IMG/VR virus record: IMGVR_UViG_3300042402_003388
Location: 1-64,000 of that record
DNA: 64,000 nt
From: a virus
Direction: 5' to 3' (one strand)
Part shown: one piece after another, positions 1-10,158 of the stretch
Layout of the letters: every line of letters begins with the position of its first letter
Numbering within the stretch: the first letter of the stretch is position 1
The notes under the pieces: generated by a model
What the model saw: only the letters and a program-made list of their open reading frames with translations
Told to the model about the DNA's origin: nothing
Database searches by the model: none
Translations under genes and position numbers: made by a program

Positions 1-180
1 ACGCTCTAAATCTCATAACATTATCCGTCGGTTCTATATTTCCTAATGCCGAATTCTTAACCCGTCACAAGAATATTTACACAAGTAAATTTTGTGTAAA
101 TTGTAAAGAATATTGTGAAGGTATAGTTCCTTACGTATACTAACAATTATTTGTTTTATTAAATAAAATAATTTATATTT

Positions 181-561
181 GTGGATATGACTACAATCCA
201 ACAAATAGAATTCTTTTTAAAGACCCTTTACCCTGGGTTGGAATTTCATTTGCATCCACAATGGAAAAATCATAGTGAAATGGATTTACCTCACACTTGG
301 ACCTATAGTGTTGAAGCTTTAAATGTTAGTCCTTACCTTATTTACGACCCACAAACCTTTAATCCTGTAGTAAAATTGACAAATGGTAGTATTTTTGACT
401 ATGTAACCGTAGGAGAAATGTTATTATCCTTCGCACCTACCCTATTTGATAAACTTGACTCTATTTTTTACTTAAGAGACACAGGAGAAATCCTTGATTT
501 ATACCGTAAAGAATACGTTAAGGACAATTTACACAAGTCTAGATTAGTTAATTACGCATAA
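181..561 (+). CDS. hypothetical protein
   Basis: 126-aa ORF, no recognisable motif. Confidence 0.6.
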   Translation: MDMTTIQQIEFFLKTLYPGLEFHLHPQWKNHSEMDLPHTWTYSVEALNVSPYLIYDPQTFNPVVKLTNGSIFDYVTVGEMLLSFAPTLFDKLDSIFYLRDTGEILDLYRKEYVKDNLHKSRLVNYA

Positions 562-578
562 CCTGAGTATTTATCAGT

Positions 579-1415
579 ATGAATTACGACATAAACAACA
601 TTGTTAAACAAGTTATTACTGAAATTCACCTCAACGACTACTCTGATGAAGACTTTATTGAAGTTTTTATTAATAAGTTTAGACCTTGGGTTAAGAAAAA
701 ACACGGTGATGATATTGGTGGATATCCTATGTCATTAATTATTAAGACGTATTTTGAAGAATTTTGTAAAGATTTTAATTTGTACGCTAGAGGATATGGT
801 GGTCCAGCCGCTAAAATGGCTTCTGCAGGTAGAGATATTGTTGAAAAAGGTCTTCACAAACTACCATCTTTAGGTAAAAAAGAACAATTTACTGAAAAAT
901 ATAAGAAAGGTATTGAAATTTTGGTTAGAAATCTGGATTTGCCTGATTTTATTACGATTAAATTTGAAGAAGAAAGACCTTATTTAGTTTATGGGTCTAT
1001 TGATGTTGATTTTGATAAATTTATAAATTCAGATATTTCTCTTGAAACATATCGTACGGTAAACCAAATTGGAAGTATTTTAAGAAATAATTTTGAACAC
1101 TTTTTAGGGGCGTCTTATGGTAATCCATCCCACGGTTTCTTAGATTTTAGATTTAGCAGTAGCCCAAATATGATTGGAGAAGAAAGTTGGATTAAAACTG
1201 TTCTTAACAAAGTAATAAAGAAAGAAATTAAAAAAATCCCTGGAGGTTCTCAAATACACTCAATCAAATACGAACGTAATTCATTCACGATTAGACTTAA
1301 ATTAGTTTTTAAAAGTAGTTGTGGGTGGTCTACACAACGAGAAGTAACCGATAAAGCAAGAACACTTGTAAGAGAATTGGGTTACAGTCCTGAAATACTT
1401 AAGGTAGACAATTAA
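579..1415 (+). CDS. hypothetical late protein
   Basis: 278-aa ORF, TATTTAT just upstream, N-terminal IVKQVITE leader. Confidence 0.75.
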   Translation: MNYDINNIVKQVITEIHLNDYSDEDFIEVFINKFRPWVKKKHGDDIGGYPMSLIIKTYFEEFCKDFNLYARGYGGPAAKMASAGRDIVEKGLHKLPSLGKKEQFTEKYKKGIEILVRNLDLPDFITIKFEEERPYLVYGSIDVDFDKFINSDISLETYRTVNQIGSILRNNFEHFLGASYGNPSHGFLDFRFSSSPNMIGEESWIKTVLNKVIKKEIKKIPGGSQIHSIKYERNSFTIRLKLVFKSSCGWSTQREVTDKARTLVRELGYSPEILKVDN

Positions 1416-1416
1416 T

Positions 1417-1797
1417 ATGGAATATAAAGTTACAAACGAACAGTTACTTAAAGTCTTTACTACAGTAATGGAACCTTATTCTAATTTAGACGAGGGAGAA
1501 AGAAGTTATGATTTTTGGGTTCAGGAAAAACATAGATATGTTGATTTAAATGTCTTTAATTATTATAAAGATATTGAAGAGGGATGGGAAGATGATTCTT
1601 GGATATTCCAAGCGCAATACGACAAAGGAGATGCTGGTGAAAACCTTGAACGTCCGATATTAAGATACTCAGAATGGGACTTTAGAAACATTATCATAAT
1701 GTTCGGGGATTATTTTGAACCATTATTAAAAGAATGGTTTAATACGGTTTACCCTGTTAAAATACCCATCAAATCGGTCACTAAAGAACAGGATTAG
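1417..1797 (+). CDS. hypothetical protein
   Basis: 126-aa ORF abutting the previous gene. Confidence 0.7.
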   Translation: MEYKVTNEQLLKVFTTVMEPYSNLDEGERSYDFWVQEKHRYVDLNVFNYYKDIEEGWEDDSWIFQAQYDKGDAGENLERPILRYSEWDFRNIIIMFGDYFEPLLKEWFNTVYPVKIPIKSVTKEQD

Positions 1798-1843
1798 TAT
1801 TTATTAAACTAATAAATGAATTATTATTATAAAAACGGAAATT

Positions 1844-2029
1844 ATGAACCAAGAACTAAAAGCCCAAACTTACGGAAATTTACTAAACGAACATAGAAAA
1901 CTTTCAAATCAGATTTCAGATATTAAATCAGAGAATTTTGAACTGAGCCCTGAACAAACTCAAAAGGTTAGAATGTTGGAAAACAAACAAGTTGAGGTTA
2001 TGGCAAAGATTAGACAATTATTCGAATAA
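1844..2029 (+). CDS. small coiled-coil hypothetical protein
   Basis: 61-aa ORF followed by terminator. Confidence 0.7.
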   Translation: MNQELKAQTYGNLLNEHRKLSNQISDIKSENFELSPEQTQKVRMLENKQVEVMAKIRQLFE

Positions 2030-2030
2030 A

Positions 2031-2058
2031 AAATCCCCACATTTAAGTGGGGTTTTTT
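2031..2058 (+). terminator. intrinsic terminator
   Basis: AATCCCCAC/GTGGGGTT stem + T tract. Confidence 0.75.
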
Positions 2059-2093
2059 GTTTCTAAAGATATTTATAATAAAAATTAAAAATT

Positions 2094-2378
2094 ATGGCAA
2101 AGAAAATAGTAAGACTTAACGAGAGAGAATTGACTCAGTTAATCAAAAGTGTAATACAAGAACAAGGTCCGACAGACCCGACAATGGCGACAGGTGCCGA
2201 TTCTCAAAAATGTCAAAAACAAACATCACAACCAAACTGTTCAGAATTTGAACCTGCAAGAACTACAGGTGGTAGAATTTTCAATACTGAAGGTAGAGTT
2301 GTTATGATGGTTAAAGACGAAAAGGGATGTCCTCAACTTTGTAGAGTTAACGATAAAGAACTTTATAAATTATCGTAA
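2094..2378 (+). CDS. putative virion-associated protein with KKIVRLNE leader
   Basis: shared N-terminal motif, TATTTATA upstream. Confidence 0.7.
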   Translation: MAKKIVRLNERELTQLIKSVIQEQGPTDPTMATGADSQKCQKQTSQPNCSEFEPARTTGGRIFNTEGRVVMMVKDEKGCPQLCRVNDKELYKLS

Positions 2379-2379
2379 T

Positions 2380-2769
2380 ATGAATTCAGTTATTAATGAA
2401 ATTAATGAAATGAAGTACCTTCTTGGTTATAAAAGAGGTATGGTGATTTCTGAACAATCCCAAAAAAAAGAAACTGAAGATAATTTAGGTGACATTTACT
2501 ATCAAAGATGTGAAGGTGGTGAAGCTCTTATTGACCCACAAAGTTATGTTTTAACTGACACGGTATCTGAAGATGGTAAACCTGTGATTAAATTCATTAA
2601 GGAACCAAGAATAGGTAAAGATGTATTCAATAACGGTGAAAGTGATAGTATTGGAACTTGTTTAGGAGGAGATATCCCTATGATTAATAGATGTTGGTCA
2701 GTATTAGACTATAATGGACAGAAACAAGCCAATTGGGAAGTTGATTGTTCAACAGGAAAAGAAAAATAA
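2380..2769 (+). CDS. putative virion-associated protein
   Basis: INEINEMKYLL...ISEQ leader. Confidence 0.7.
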   Translation: MNSVINEINEMKYLLGYKRGMVISEQSQKKETEDNLGDIYYQRCEGGEALIDPQSYVLTDTVSEDGKPVIKFIKEPRIGKDVFNNGESDSIGTCLGGDIPMINRCWSVLDYNGQKQANWEVDCSTGKEK

Positions 2770-2773
2770 TAAA

Positions 2774-2800
2774 AAAACCCTCAGTAATGAGGGTTTTTTG
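2774..2800. terminator. bidirectional intrinsic terminator
   Basis: AAAACCCTCA-GTAA-TGAGGGTTTT between convergent genes. Confidence 0.8.
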
Positions 2801-2802
2801 TT

Positions 2803-3201
2803 TTAGTGATACATTTGTAGGATTACCTCAAATTCACCGTTATATCGGTCAATAAAGACCATAAATTGTGGTTTTTCTAACGTATTTTGACCAATATACT
2901 CATTTACACCACCTAATCGATTAGAAGTTGATTTGTAAACCACTTTAGTATTGTAGTAGTCAGGATTATCTAACTTATCATAAACTTCTTTTGTGACCCA
3001 TACTACAGAATCAGGATTAACCCCACACTCACTGATACAATCATTCAACAAGATTTTCTCATCAGGTGTTAGTAATTCCATTACTTCAGGTCTCATACCA
3101 CCTGCATAACGTAAATTTTTTGAAGTTTGGTTGTAGAACACTTGAGCAAATCCAAATTGTACTACAAAAAGGAAGACGATTACTGAGATAATTTTTTTCA
3201 T
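2803..3201 (-). CDS. secreted hypothetical protein
   Basis: Sec signal peptide MKKIISVIVFLFVVQFGFA-Q. Confidence 0.7.
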   Translation of the reverse strand: MKKIISVIVFLFVVQFGFAQVFYNQTSKNLRYAGGMRPEVMELLTPDEKILLNDCISECGVNPDSVVWVTKEVYDKLDNPDYYNTKVVYKSTSNRLGGVNEYIGQNTLEKPQFMVFIDRYNGEFEVILQMYH

Positions 3202-3285
3202 ATAGGACTTATTTATTTATACAATACGAAGATACTACTTTTTTTTCTAAAAACCAAAATATTTATTACTATAAACAGAAATTTA

Positions 3286-3885
3286 ATGAAAAAAATTATA
3301 AAATTAACCGAATCCGACTTAGTTAGGATAGTTAAAAAAGTTATCAGTGAAAATGCCTTACCTAAATTTGATTATATCTTTAGAAGAAATGATGGAGTTA
3401 ACGAACCTACAGTAGCCCAAGATTTATATTTTATCTCTAATGGAAGTGGGTTTGATGTTTGGATGAAAGAATATAAGAAAGACGGTTCAATTGGTCGAGT
3501 TGTTGATACAGGTAAAACATTACCTACATTAGATGATTTAGGGATTGTCTACAACGAGGCTAATCGGAATTTCAAAAACACTGATGGAGGTCTTAACGGA
3601 AACGATGTTGCAAGGTTAATTACCCCTTCAATGGAAAGGGCTAAAGGTAATTGGATATTTTTTGTCAATAGTGACGGAGTTCCAACTAAAGCAAGAATGA
3701 CAATTGCTCAGGACACCCCAATAAAAGGTATGTTAGATAAAAATGGTGAAGGTCACCCATTAAGAGATGGTGAAATTATTACGGGTAGTGATTATTTTAT
3801 TAAGGTAAAACCGTCGAGAAAAGACGAGTATGGTAAAGGTATTTCAATCTCTATTGAGGATATGGAACCTTCTAAAAAAGCGTAA
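3286..3885 (+). CDS. putative virion-associated protein with MKKIIKLTESDL leader
   Basis: first 12 residues identical to those of 11193..12206. Confidence 0.75.
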   Translation: MKKIIKLTESDLVRIVKKVISENALPKFDYIFRRNDGVNEPTVAQDLYFISNGSGFDVWMKEYKKDGSIGRVVDTGKTLPTLDDLGIVYNEANRNFKNTDGGLNGNDVARLITPSMERAKGNWIFFVNSDGVPTKARMTIAQDTPIKGMLDKNGEGHPLRDGEIITGSDYFIKVKPSRKDEYGKGISISIEDMEPSKKA

Positions 3886-3921
3886 TCTTTATTATTCCAC
3901 AATAACATTTATTATTTGACT

Positions 3922-4158
3922 ATGAATAAACCCTTAGTCGAAAAAATTTTTAAATCTCTATATCCTGAATTGGATATGGAGATTATTTCTTTTGAGGTAT
4001 TACCAAGAAATCAACTTAACGAACAACAAGAATGGATTGAAGACACTCCCGCAATATTTGTTGGTGTTAATATGAAATCGTGGCCAAGTCAGGCAATTGA
4101 TGTTAGTGAAAAGTTGAGTTTATATACGGGATATGAATTTAATGTCTTTAGGAATTAA
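3922..4158 (+). CDS. hypothetical protein
   Basis: ORF, ATG start chosen at 3922. Confidence 0.65.
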   Translation: MNKPLVEKIFKSLYPELDMEIISFEVLPRNQLNEQQEWIEDTPAIFVGVNMKSWPSQAIDVSEKLSLYTGYEFNVFRN

Positions 4159-4241
4159 AATTTCATAAAAAACAGATATTTATAACTAGTTCTAGCTTTC
4201 TAGTGCAACTAGTTTACTAGAATTTTTAAATTATTATTATA

Positions 4242-6038
4242 ATGAAATTATTAAATTTATTAAGTAAAAATATTATACTGGAGGTTTCTGAAAAAGTGAA
4301 AAACCAACTGTATGCCAAATTTAGTGCCGACACTACGGATAGCCGTGAAGAGATAATTTCAAATATTGATTTATTTGATAGATACAAACAAGGTTTACCT
4401 GCAGAAAAAAGAGATATTATGAAATACTCTTATGAGGATTTAAAAAACCTCATCCAATCTAAACAAACTGCTAAAGGTTTAGATGATATTTTCACAGAGT
4501 TTAAGAAAAAAGAGAAAGGTATTGAGAATAATAACCTTAAAAGATACATTAAGAAATTTTTAGAGATTCAATCAGAATTACCTAAAGACAAACAAAACAT
4601 ATCTAAGTTTAGTTTTTTAAATTTGGTTAAAATTATTGACGATTTATATCCGAGATTAATTGTTAAAAAAATGTTAGAGAAATACTCTAAAGAGAATCCT
4701 AACCTAACCCAAGACCAAATACTTTATTATATTGATTCTTATACCACTAATTTCGACCAAATTCCATTTAATGTAAAAGGAGTTGACAAGATGAAATTTA
4801 GCGAATTAGAACACCTTTTAGACGGTTTACAAGGTAAAAAAGGTCCATCAGGTGAGAAAAAAGAAGATTTAGGTAATATTGATTTAAAATATGATGAAAA
4901 TAATTTAAAAATATTTGCACCAAAGACTAAAGACCAATGTATTAGATTACGAAATGGTAGAGGATGGTGTACAAGTCGTGAAGGTAGTGGGAATATGTAC
5001 TACAATTACAGATTAGGACACGAGAGAACTCTTTATTATGTTATTGATGAAGATAAAGACTTTGATGATTTAAACTTCGCCACGGTCATCCTTGTTGACC
5101 CTAATGGAAGAAAATCAATGGCCGACAAGTCAAACTCAGGAAAATACGGTGGTAGTACAAATCTACCTTGGAGTGAGATTGTGTCTAAAGTTCCAAAATT
5201 AAAAGATTTGGAGTATGTTTTCGAACCACAACCACTTACACAAGAAGAAAGACAATTAATTAATACTGTTAGAAACGCAAGAGTTGGTGACAACCCTATG
5301 GAATCATTTAACACCCCTCAGGAAGTTGAGATGTGGTTAGAGTATAACAGTCCAAGATTAAGTGATATTCAATATTCTAACATAACTCCAGACCTTAAAA
5401 AGAAATACATCGCTTTAGGTATGGACTTATCGTCTAATATGATTAAGTCATCTGAACCTGAAGTATTAAGATACTATATTTCTAAAAAAATTGATAGACT
5501 TAAAAACACAAGTGTTAACAATTTAAGTAGAGAAGATATTGCTTTACTTAACACACCAATATTGAAAAAAGTTAAAGAAGAATTTAAACCAAAATTTGCA
5601 AAAGATTTAACCACAGGTGGTGGTACTAAAATTGAAATTGAATACCCTAACGGTAATGCGTCTAAATTTGTAGCTTTATATGGATTTGATGAATTATTTG
5701 ATAGTTTACCTGAAAATATAACTAACTTCCTATTCAATAATAAATCTAATGATGATTTTAATTTAGAATTACCAAAAACAATTTCAAGATTTAAAAACTT
5801 GGAAGCGTTATTATTGATGAAGTGTGTTAGTTCAGTCCCTGAGGAAATTGGTGAGTTAAAAAATCTTTCTTTCTTAGCTTTACCTGATAATCCTAATTTG
5901 AGTAGTTTACCATCTTCAATTTTAGATTTACCTAACTTAATGTTTGTGAATTTGAAAGGTTCTGAACCATCATTACCTGAAGGATTTAACAATTCATTTA
6001 ATAATGAGGGGTCAGGATTCTACACTAAGAAATTCTAA
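4242..6038 (+). CDS. WCT-motif (PcfJ-like) domain protein with C-terminal leucine-rich repeats
   Basis: GRGWCTS..YYNY..LYYVID motif; LxxLxL..N.LxxLP repeats at C-terminus. Confidence 0.7.
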   Translation: MKLLNLLSKNIILEVSEKVKNQLYAKFSADTTDSREEIISNIDLFDRYKQGLPAEKRDIMKYSYEDLKNLIQSKQTAKGLDDIFTEFKKKEKGIENNNLKRYIKKFLEIQSELPKDKQNISKFSFLNLVKIIDDLYPRLIVKKMLEKYSKENPNLTQDQILYYIDSYTTNFDQIPFNVKGVDKMKFSELEHLLDGLQGKKGPSGEKKEDLGNIDLKYDENNLKIFAPKTKDQCIRLRNGRGWCTSREGSGNMYYNYRLGHERTLYYVIDEDKDFDDLNFATVILVDPNGRKSMADKSNSGKYGGSTNLPWSEIVSKVPKLKDLEYVFEPQPLTQEERQLINTVRNARVGDNPMESFNTPQEVEMWLEYNSPRLSDIQYSNITPDLKKKYIALGMDLSSNMIKSSEPEVLRYYISKKIDRLKNTSVNNLSREDIALLNTPILKKVKEEFKPKFAKDLTTGGGTKIEIEYPNGNASKFVALYGFDELFDSLPENITNFLFNNKSNDDFNLELPKTISRFKNLEALLLMKCVSSVPEEIGELKNLSFLALPDNPNLSSLPSSILDLPNLMFVNLKGSEPSLPEGFNNSFNNEGSGFYTKKF

Positions 6039-6304
6039 AGAACATCCAAAGAATTAACTAATGTTAGTTCTTCATTGTATCCCATATATTTCCAACCCTC
6101 ATTAACCAACATATTTAAACCTGTTGGGAAAATGTCTATTGAGTCATCTACATCAGTAGCAAGTACTTTAGAATGAATTACTATTTTTTTAGTGTTGGTG
6201 GAATATGTTACAGACTCAATCACAACCTTACTACCCTTTCCGAACATTAGTTCGAGGTCTTCCTTTTGGATTACGTTAATAAGATGTTCAAGCATTCTTT
6301 TCAT
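6035..6304 (-). CDS. hypothetical protein
   Basis: 89-aa ORF. Confidence 0.7.
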   Translation of the reverse strand: MKRMLEHLINVIQKEDLELMFGKGSKVVIESVTYSTNTKKIVIHSKVLATDVDDSIDIFPTGLNMLVNEGWKYMGYNEELTLVNSLDVL

Positions 6305-6348
6305 ATTGATAATTATAACTATAATTAAATTTAAGTGTATTTATAACT

Positions 6349-6657
6349 ATGAGACTTATTATAACTGAGGAAGAGAAAAATGACATTATAAGTAAGTATA
6401 ATGGAAATACTGATGAAAGACTTTTAAATTATCTTAAAAGACATTTCCCTATCCATAGACGTGAGATTGACTTTGGGGATAGACCTTTTGTTCATAGAGT
6501 GATAATGATTGATGATAGAGGTAGAAACTTAGATGATAATAAAAAATATTTGGTTAGTAAAATTTACAATGAGATTGAAGACGAATTTCCAAATTTAGAT
6601 ATTAACATTGCAAGAAGAACCATAAAATACTATATTGACGTTAATCGATTTGAATAA
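6349..6657 (+). CDS. hypothetical late protein
   Basis: MRLIITEEEK leader, TATTTATA upstream. Confidence 0.7.
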   Translation: MRLIITEEEKNDIISKYNGNTDERLLNYLKRHFPIHRREIDFGDRPFVHRVIMIDDRGRNLDDNKKYLVSKIYNEIEDEFPNLDINIARRTIKYYIDVNRFE

Positions 6658-6687
6658 ACTTGAATATTTATAGTAATAATATAAAAA

Positions 6688-7236
6688 ATGGATATTAGAA
6701 AAATTATTAGAAAGGTTTTACTTGAACAGGGACAACCTCAAACAGAAAATCCTAAAACTGATGAATCCCAATACTATATGAATTGGAGAGGTGTTTATGA
6801 TATCCCTAAAACATATGGAGGTAAACCTGTTATTGTTGGAAGGACTATTAAAACCATACCGAATGTTAATGATTATAATATTGGTTGGTTTGAAGATGCC
6901 TGTAAAAAATATTTGGAGTTGCCTAATAATAAATACCCCAATTTAGAATCTTGTATTATCGCACAAAAACAAGCGTTATTAGGTCAAATGGAAATTGGTG
7001 GTGTGACGGATTTTGAGTGGAATGGTCAAAGATATTCCGCGTGTGTTAGACGAAATAATACAAAACAATATAGTGAATTTTCAGGCTATTATGGGTCCCA
7101 TCAGGGAAGTAGTTGTTACGCTCCCGAATTTTATTGGGATATTAAGGAGAAAAAAATATCTAAAGACAATAAAAAATCAAGTCCTGGATTTACTAAGTCA
7201 ACGTCTTTAACTGTCACAGGTCCTGACTTTAAATAA
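6688..7236 (+). CDS. putative virion-associated protein
   Basis: IRKIIRKVLLEQ leader, TATTTATA upstream. Confidence 0.7.
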   Translation: MDIRKIIRKVLLEQGQPQTENPKTDESQYYMNWRGVYDIPKTYGGKPVIVGRTIKTIPNVNDYNIGWFEDACKKYLELPNNKYPNLESCIIAQKQALLGQMEIGGVTDFEWNGQRYSACVRRNNTKQYSEFSGYYGSHQGSSCYAPEFYWDIKEKKISKDNKKSSPGFTKSTSLTVTGPDFK

Positions 7237-7249
7237 AAAAATAATAAAT

Positions 7250-7945
7250 ATGAAAAATAGTTTAGCATTAGTTATTACAGAAAACGATAAAAGTCACATT
7301 AGAAACATATATGGTTCTAAAAATTCTTTATTAAATGAACAGACGTTCACTCCACCAGCCGAGTTAAATAGTACTGAAAAGATAATTGAATTCCAAAGGT
7401 ATATGAATTCCGAAGACCCAACGTGGTATAAAGGAGGAACTTTACCTAATGAGGATATGGGTACTTATGGACCTGCGACTGATGGAGTGTGGAGTACTCA
7501 TAAAGACGCTTACCTGATTAGATTAAATTCTAGTTTAAATAACGGGTCAACTCAGGGTGAGACACCTAAAAAAGTTGAGGAAGGTTGGTATTATTATAAA
7601 GACGGGAACCAAATGGGACCTGTTAAATTGCAAGACTTAAAAGGACAACTTGATGATAAAACATACGTTTGGAATGGTAAAGTAACTTCAGGGTGGGTTA
7701 AATCAAATGATAAGAGTGTACAATCCCAACTTGGGGATATTGTAGGACCTCCTAAATTTACACCACCTTCAGAACCTAAAAAAACATCTGAGGCTGACGC
7801 TTTATTGAGAGATAAACAAACAAACAGTTATTACGATTTACAAAAAGCTATTCCGACAATAACTCCAGCAAAGACTGAAACCACAACAACTACAACTACT
7901 GTTGCACCACCACCGACCGAAAATAATACCGAAACACCTCAATAA
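7250..7945 (+). CDS. protein with peptidoglycan-binding-like segment and GYF_2 (DUF4339)-like domain
   Basis: EFQRYMN..G.YGPAT..W; WYYYKDGNQMGP..L......DKTYVW....GW. Confidence 0.6.
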   Translation: MKNSLALVITENDKSHIRNIYGSKNSLLNEQTFTPPAELNSTEKIIEFQRYMNSEDPTWYKGGTLPNEDMGTYGPATDGVWSTHKDAYLIRLNSSLNNGSTQGETPKKVEEGWYYYKDGNQMGPVKLQDLKGQLDDKTYVWNGKVTSGWVKSNDKSVQSQLGDIVGPPKFTPPSEPKKTSEADALLRDKQTNSYYDLQKAIPTITPAKTETTTTTTTVAPPPTENNTETPQ

Positions 7946-7994
7946 TAATTGATTTGTTAGTTTTTATCTATTATGTTTAGATAAAAATGTAATT

Positions 7995-8213
7995 ATGGTC
8001 TATTTGAATTTTATTTTAACGGTATTGTGTTTAATTTTATTAACTTTTTTAGTCGGAATCATCTATTTTTGGAAAAAAATCGGTAAAAAATTGGTAAATA
8101 AGGTGAATAATAACCCATTTATTGGTAACTCCCCTAATATTGGAGACCCTAAACAAATGGCGGAATCGATGAAAATAATTGGTAGTTTATTTAAAAATCT
8201 ACCTAAAAGATAA
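7995..8213 (+). CDS. small membrane protein
   Basis: single N-terminal hydrophobic helix. Confidence 0.7.
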   Translation: MVYLNFILTVLCLILLTFLVGIIYFWKKIGKKLVNKVNNNPFIGNSPNIGDPKQMAESMKIIGSLFKNLPKR

Positions 8214-8239
8214 CAAAAAACCCCCTTTCGGGGGTTTTT

Positions 8240-8836
8240 TTATTTAATGTCAGCAGATTCTATCAGTGTGTAAGTGAAACTATTACCGTGAATGTCTCTA
8301 GCCTTTTTACAAATAGACATAAAAGAATCAAAATCTTTCACATTTGCAAATACTTGACATCCTTCAGACCAGTTTTCAACAAATGTTGACGTACCCGTTG
8401 CAGAACTACGGTGAATGTTAATTCCGAATATACCTTCTTGAATTACGTTCTCATCGTATTGCATATCTTTATCTTTATCTCGGTATACTTTAACGTTTTT
8501 AGCTTGTCTTAACGCTTCGTACTTTCCTTGGTGTAAACCGATAGTATGTGAACCACGATACTGACCTTCAACTAATCTTGCAACACCGTTAGCGTTGTGG
8601 TATTCTAACATCGCCTTTTTTCCTGGGTCAGTTGTGATTTTCCATTGATGGAATTTCCATACCCCACCCTCTTTGTAAGATACTGTCATAGTATCGTCAA
8701 ATACGTTTGTGACTTTATCACCCGTTGCCGAGTTTCTAACCCCGACAATATTAACGTCAAAGTCTTTTGTGCCCTCAAACCAAACATAACCTTTTGATTT
8801 TACTGCGGATTCAATTTGTTCTCTTGTGTAACTCAT
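8240..8836 (-). CDS. L,D-transpeptidase (YkuD)-like peptidoglycan enzyme
   Basis: GINIHRS...NWSEGCQV matches the H-x(n)-S-x-G-C catalytic motif. Confidence 0.6.
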   Translation of the reverse strand: MSYTREQIESAVKSKGYVWFEGTKDFDVNIVGVRNSATGDKVTNVFDDTMTVSYKEGGVWKFHQWKITTDPGKKAMLEYHNANGVARLVEGQYRGSHTIGLHQGKYEALRQAKNVKVYRDKDKDMQYDENVIQEGIFGINIHRSSATGTSTFVENWSEGCQVFANVKDFDSFMSICKKARDIHGNSFTYTLIESADIK

Positions 8837-8871
8837 AACTTTTTTTAATATAAATATGAGTTAGTAAAAAA

Positions 8872-8900
8872 AAGAACCCCCACCTTTTGAGTGGGGGTTT
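8872..8900 (-). terminator. intrinsic terminator
   Basis: AACCCCCAC/GTGGGGGTT stem with A tract on + strand side. Confidence 0.75.
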
Positions 8901-8922
8901 GAAACCTTGTTATTATTTTTAA

Positions 8923-9711
8923 TTAGAATTTTGTACCACAGTTAGGACAAAATTTATGAGAATCTTTTTTTCTTTTTGAACCACATTCGGTACAGTAAAC
9001 TTTCAAATCTTTTGGTTCGTAAGGTTTGACTGAATCAGGAAGAATTTTCCAAACTGATTTTGATACTGTCCAAGAATTAAAATCTTTGTCGACAGTTGAG
9101 AATGATTGATTACTACTTCCACCCTTCTCGATTCTACCAGTTTCTAAACTTTTAGATTTTTTTAACCTTGGTACTGAACTTCTTATGTTTGGACCTGTAA
9201 AGGTGTTAGATGAATTAGAGAAATAAGACATTGAAACATTTGAAGAATAGTTAGTTGATGTTTGACCTAACCCTGTTGTGGTAAAGGTATTGGTACTATA
9301 GTGTAGTGGTTGAGATGGTGGGTAATTAGTAATCCATACAGGATTTGACATAATTGGTTTGATGTACTCCTCGTAGAATTCTATCGAGACATCACCATTG
9401 TTTGCAATGGCATTCAATACTTCATTGGATGACCCGTCAACTTCGTAAGTTTCAAATTTAAATTTTTTAGCATCGTCTAAATACCTTTCAAGAAAAACTC
9501 TTTGACCAGGTTTAATTACAAGACCACCACCTGAAAGATAGTTTCCGTTAATTTTAATTTTTGCTAACACTGTTGATTGGGATGGGTTGAATAATTCAAT
9601 TTCAAATTCTTCCCCATTTTTAAGATAGACTGATTGTCCAAATTGTTTAAGACGTTGTCTGTCTTTTGTAATGAACGCGCAAGGCGTTGCAGTTTTTGTT
9701 TGATAATACAT
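8923..9711 (-). CDS. conserved hypothetical protein with C-terminal zinc ribbon
   Basis: CTECG...FCPNCG at C-terminus; beta-rich N-domain; S/T-rich linker. Confidence 0.8.
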   Translation of the reverse strand: MYYQTKTATPCAFITKDRQRLKQFGQSVYLKNGEEFEIELFNPSQSTVLAKIKINGNYLSGGGLVIKPGQRVFLERYLDDAKKFKFETYEVDGSSNEVLNAIANNGDVSIEFYEEYIKPIMSNPVWITNYPPSQPLHYSTNTFTTTGLGQTSTNYSSNVSMSYFSNSSNTFTGPNIRSSVPRLKKSKSLETGRIEKGGSSNQSFSTVDKDFNSWTVSKSVWKILPDSVKPYEPKDLKVYCTECGSKRKKDSHKFCPNCGTKF

Positions 9712-9737
9712 TTTTTCCTTATTTTAATTTTTATGTT

Positions 9738-9814
9738 TATTGAACCCCACTTTGTTGGTATTCCTCCAACTCAACCGTTATAAAAAACGGGTGGACCTCA
9801 GTAACAAGGTTTCA
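9738..9814 (-). promoter_or_regulatory. structured 5' leader (three-way junction)
   Basis: stems UCCAC/GUGGG, CCGUU/AACGG, GUUGG/CCAAC in the UTR of 8923..9711. Confidence 0.55.
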
Positions 9815-9903
9815 CTATTAAATATATTATTGTTATATTTATTGTAAACAACTTTTCAAAAGTTCTCGAAAGAGATAAATCTTTAGATATTATTTTATGG
9901 ACG

Positions 9904-10158
9904 GTGACAGTTATAGGGAAGAAAAACATAAAGAGAAAATTGGCGATGCTGAGTCTGATACTGGCAACGTTCTTCAATCCGTTAGGGTTCGACGCTCTGT
10001 TCGCGTTAATAATGAAATGGACAGGGTCTTATTGGACTACGGATTTAATTTTCTATTGCCTTTCGGCGTTGTTCTTTGGATTGTATTTTTGGTTATCACC
10101 AACGTCTAAAAGAGGGTACTATAACCTAAAAAGGAAGTTAAGGAGTTTTATTAAATAA
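9904..10158 (+). CDS. small two-TM membrane protein
   Basis: LATFFNPLGFDALF..WTGSYW hydrophobic ORF; start uncertain. Confidence 0.6.
   Translation: MTVIGKKNIKRKLAMLSLILATFFNPLGFDALFALIMKWTGSYWTTDLIFYCLSALFFGLYFWLSPTSKRGYYNLKRKLRSFIK

Noticed and set aside
5036-5992. Minus-strand ORFs inside the 598-aa gene (and similar nested ORFs elsewhere)
   Set aside because: Antisense shadows typical of biased codon usage.
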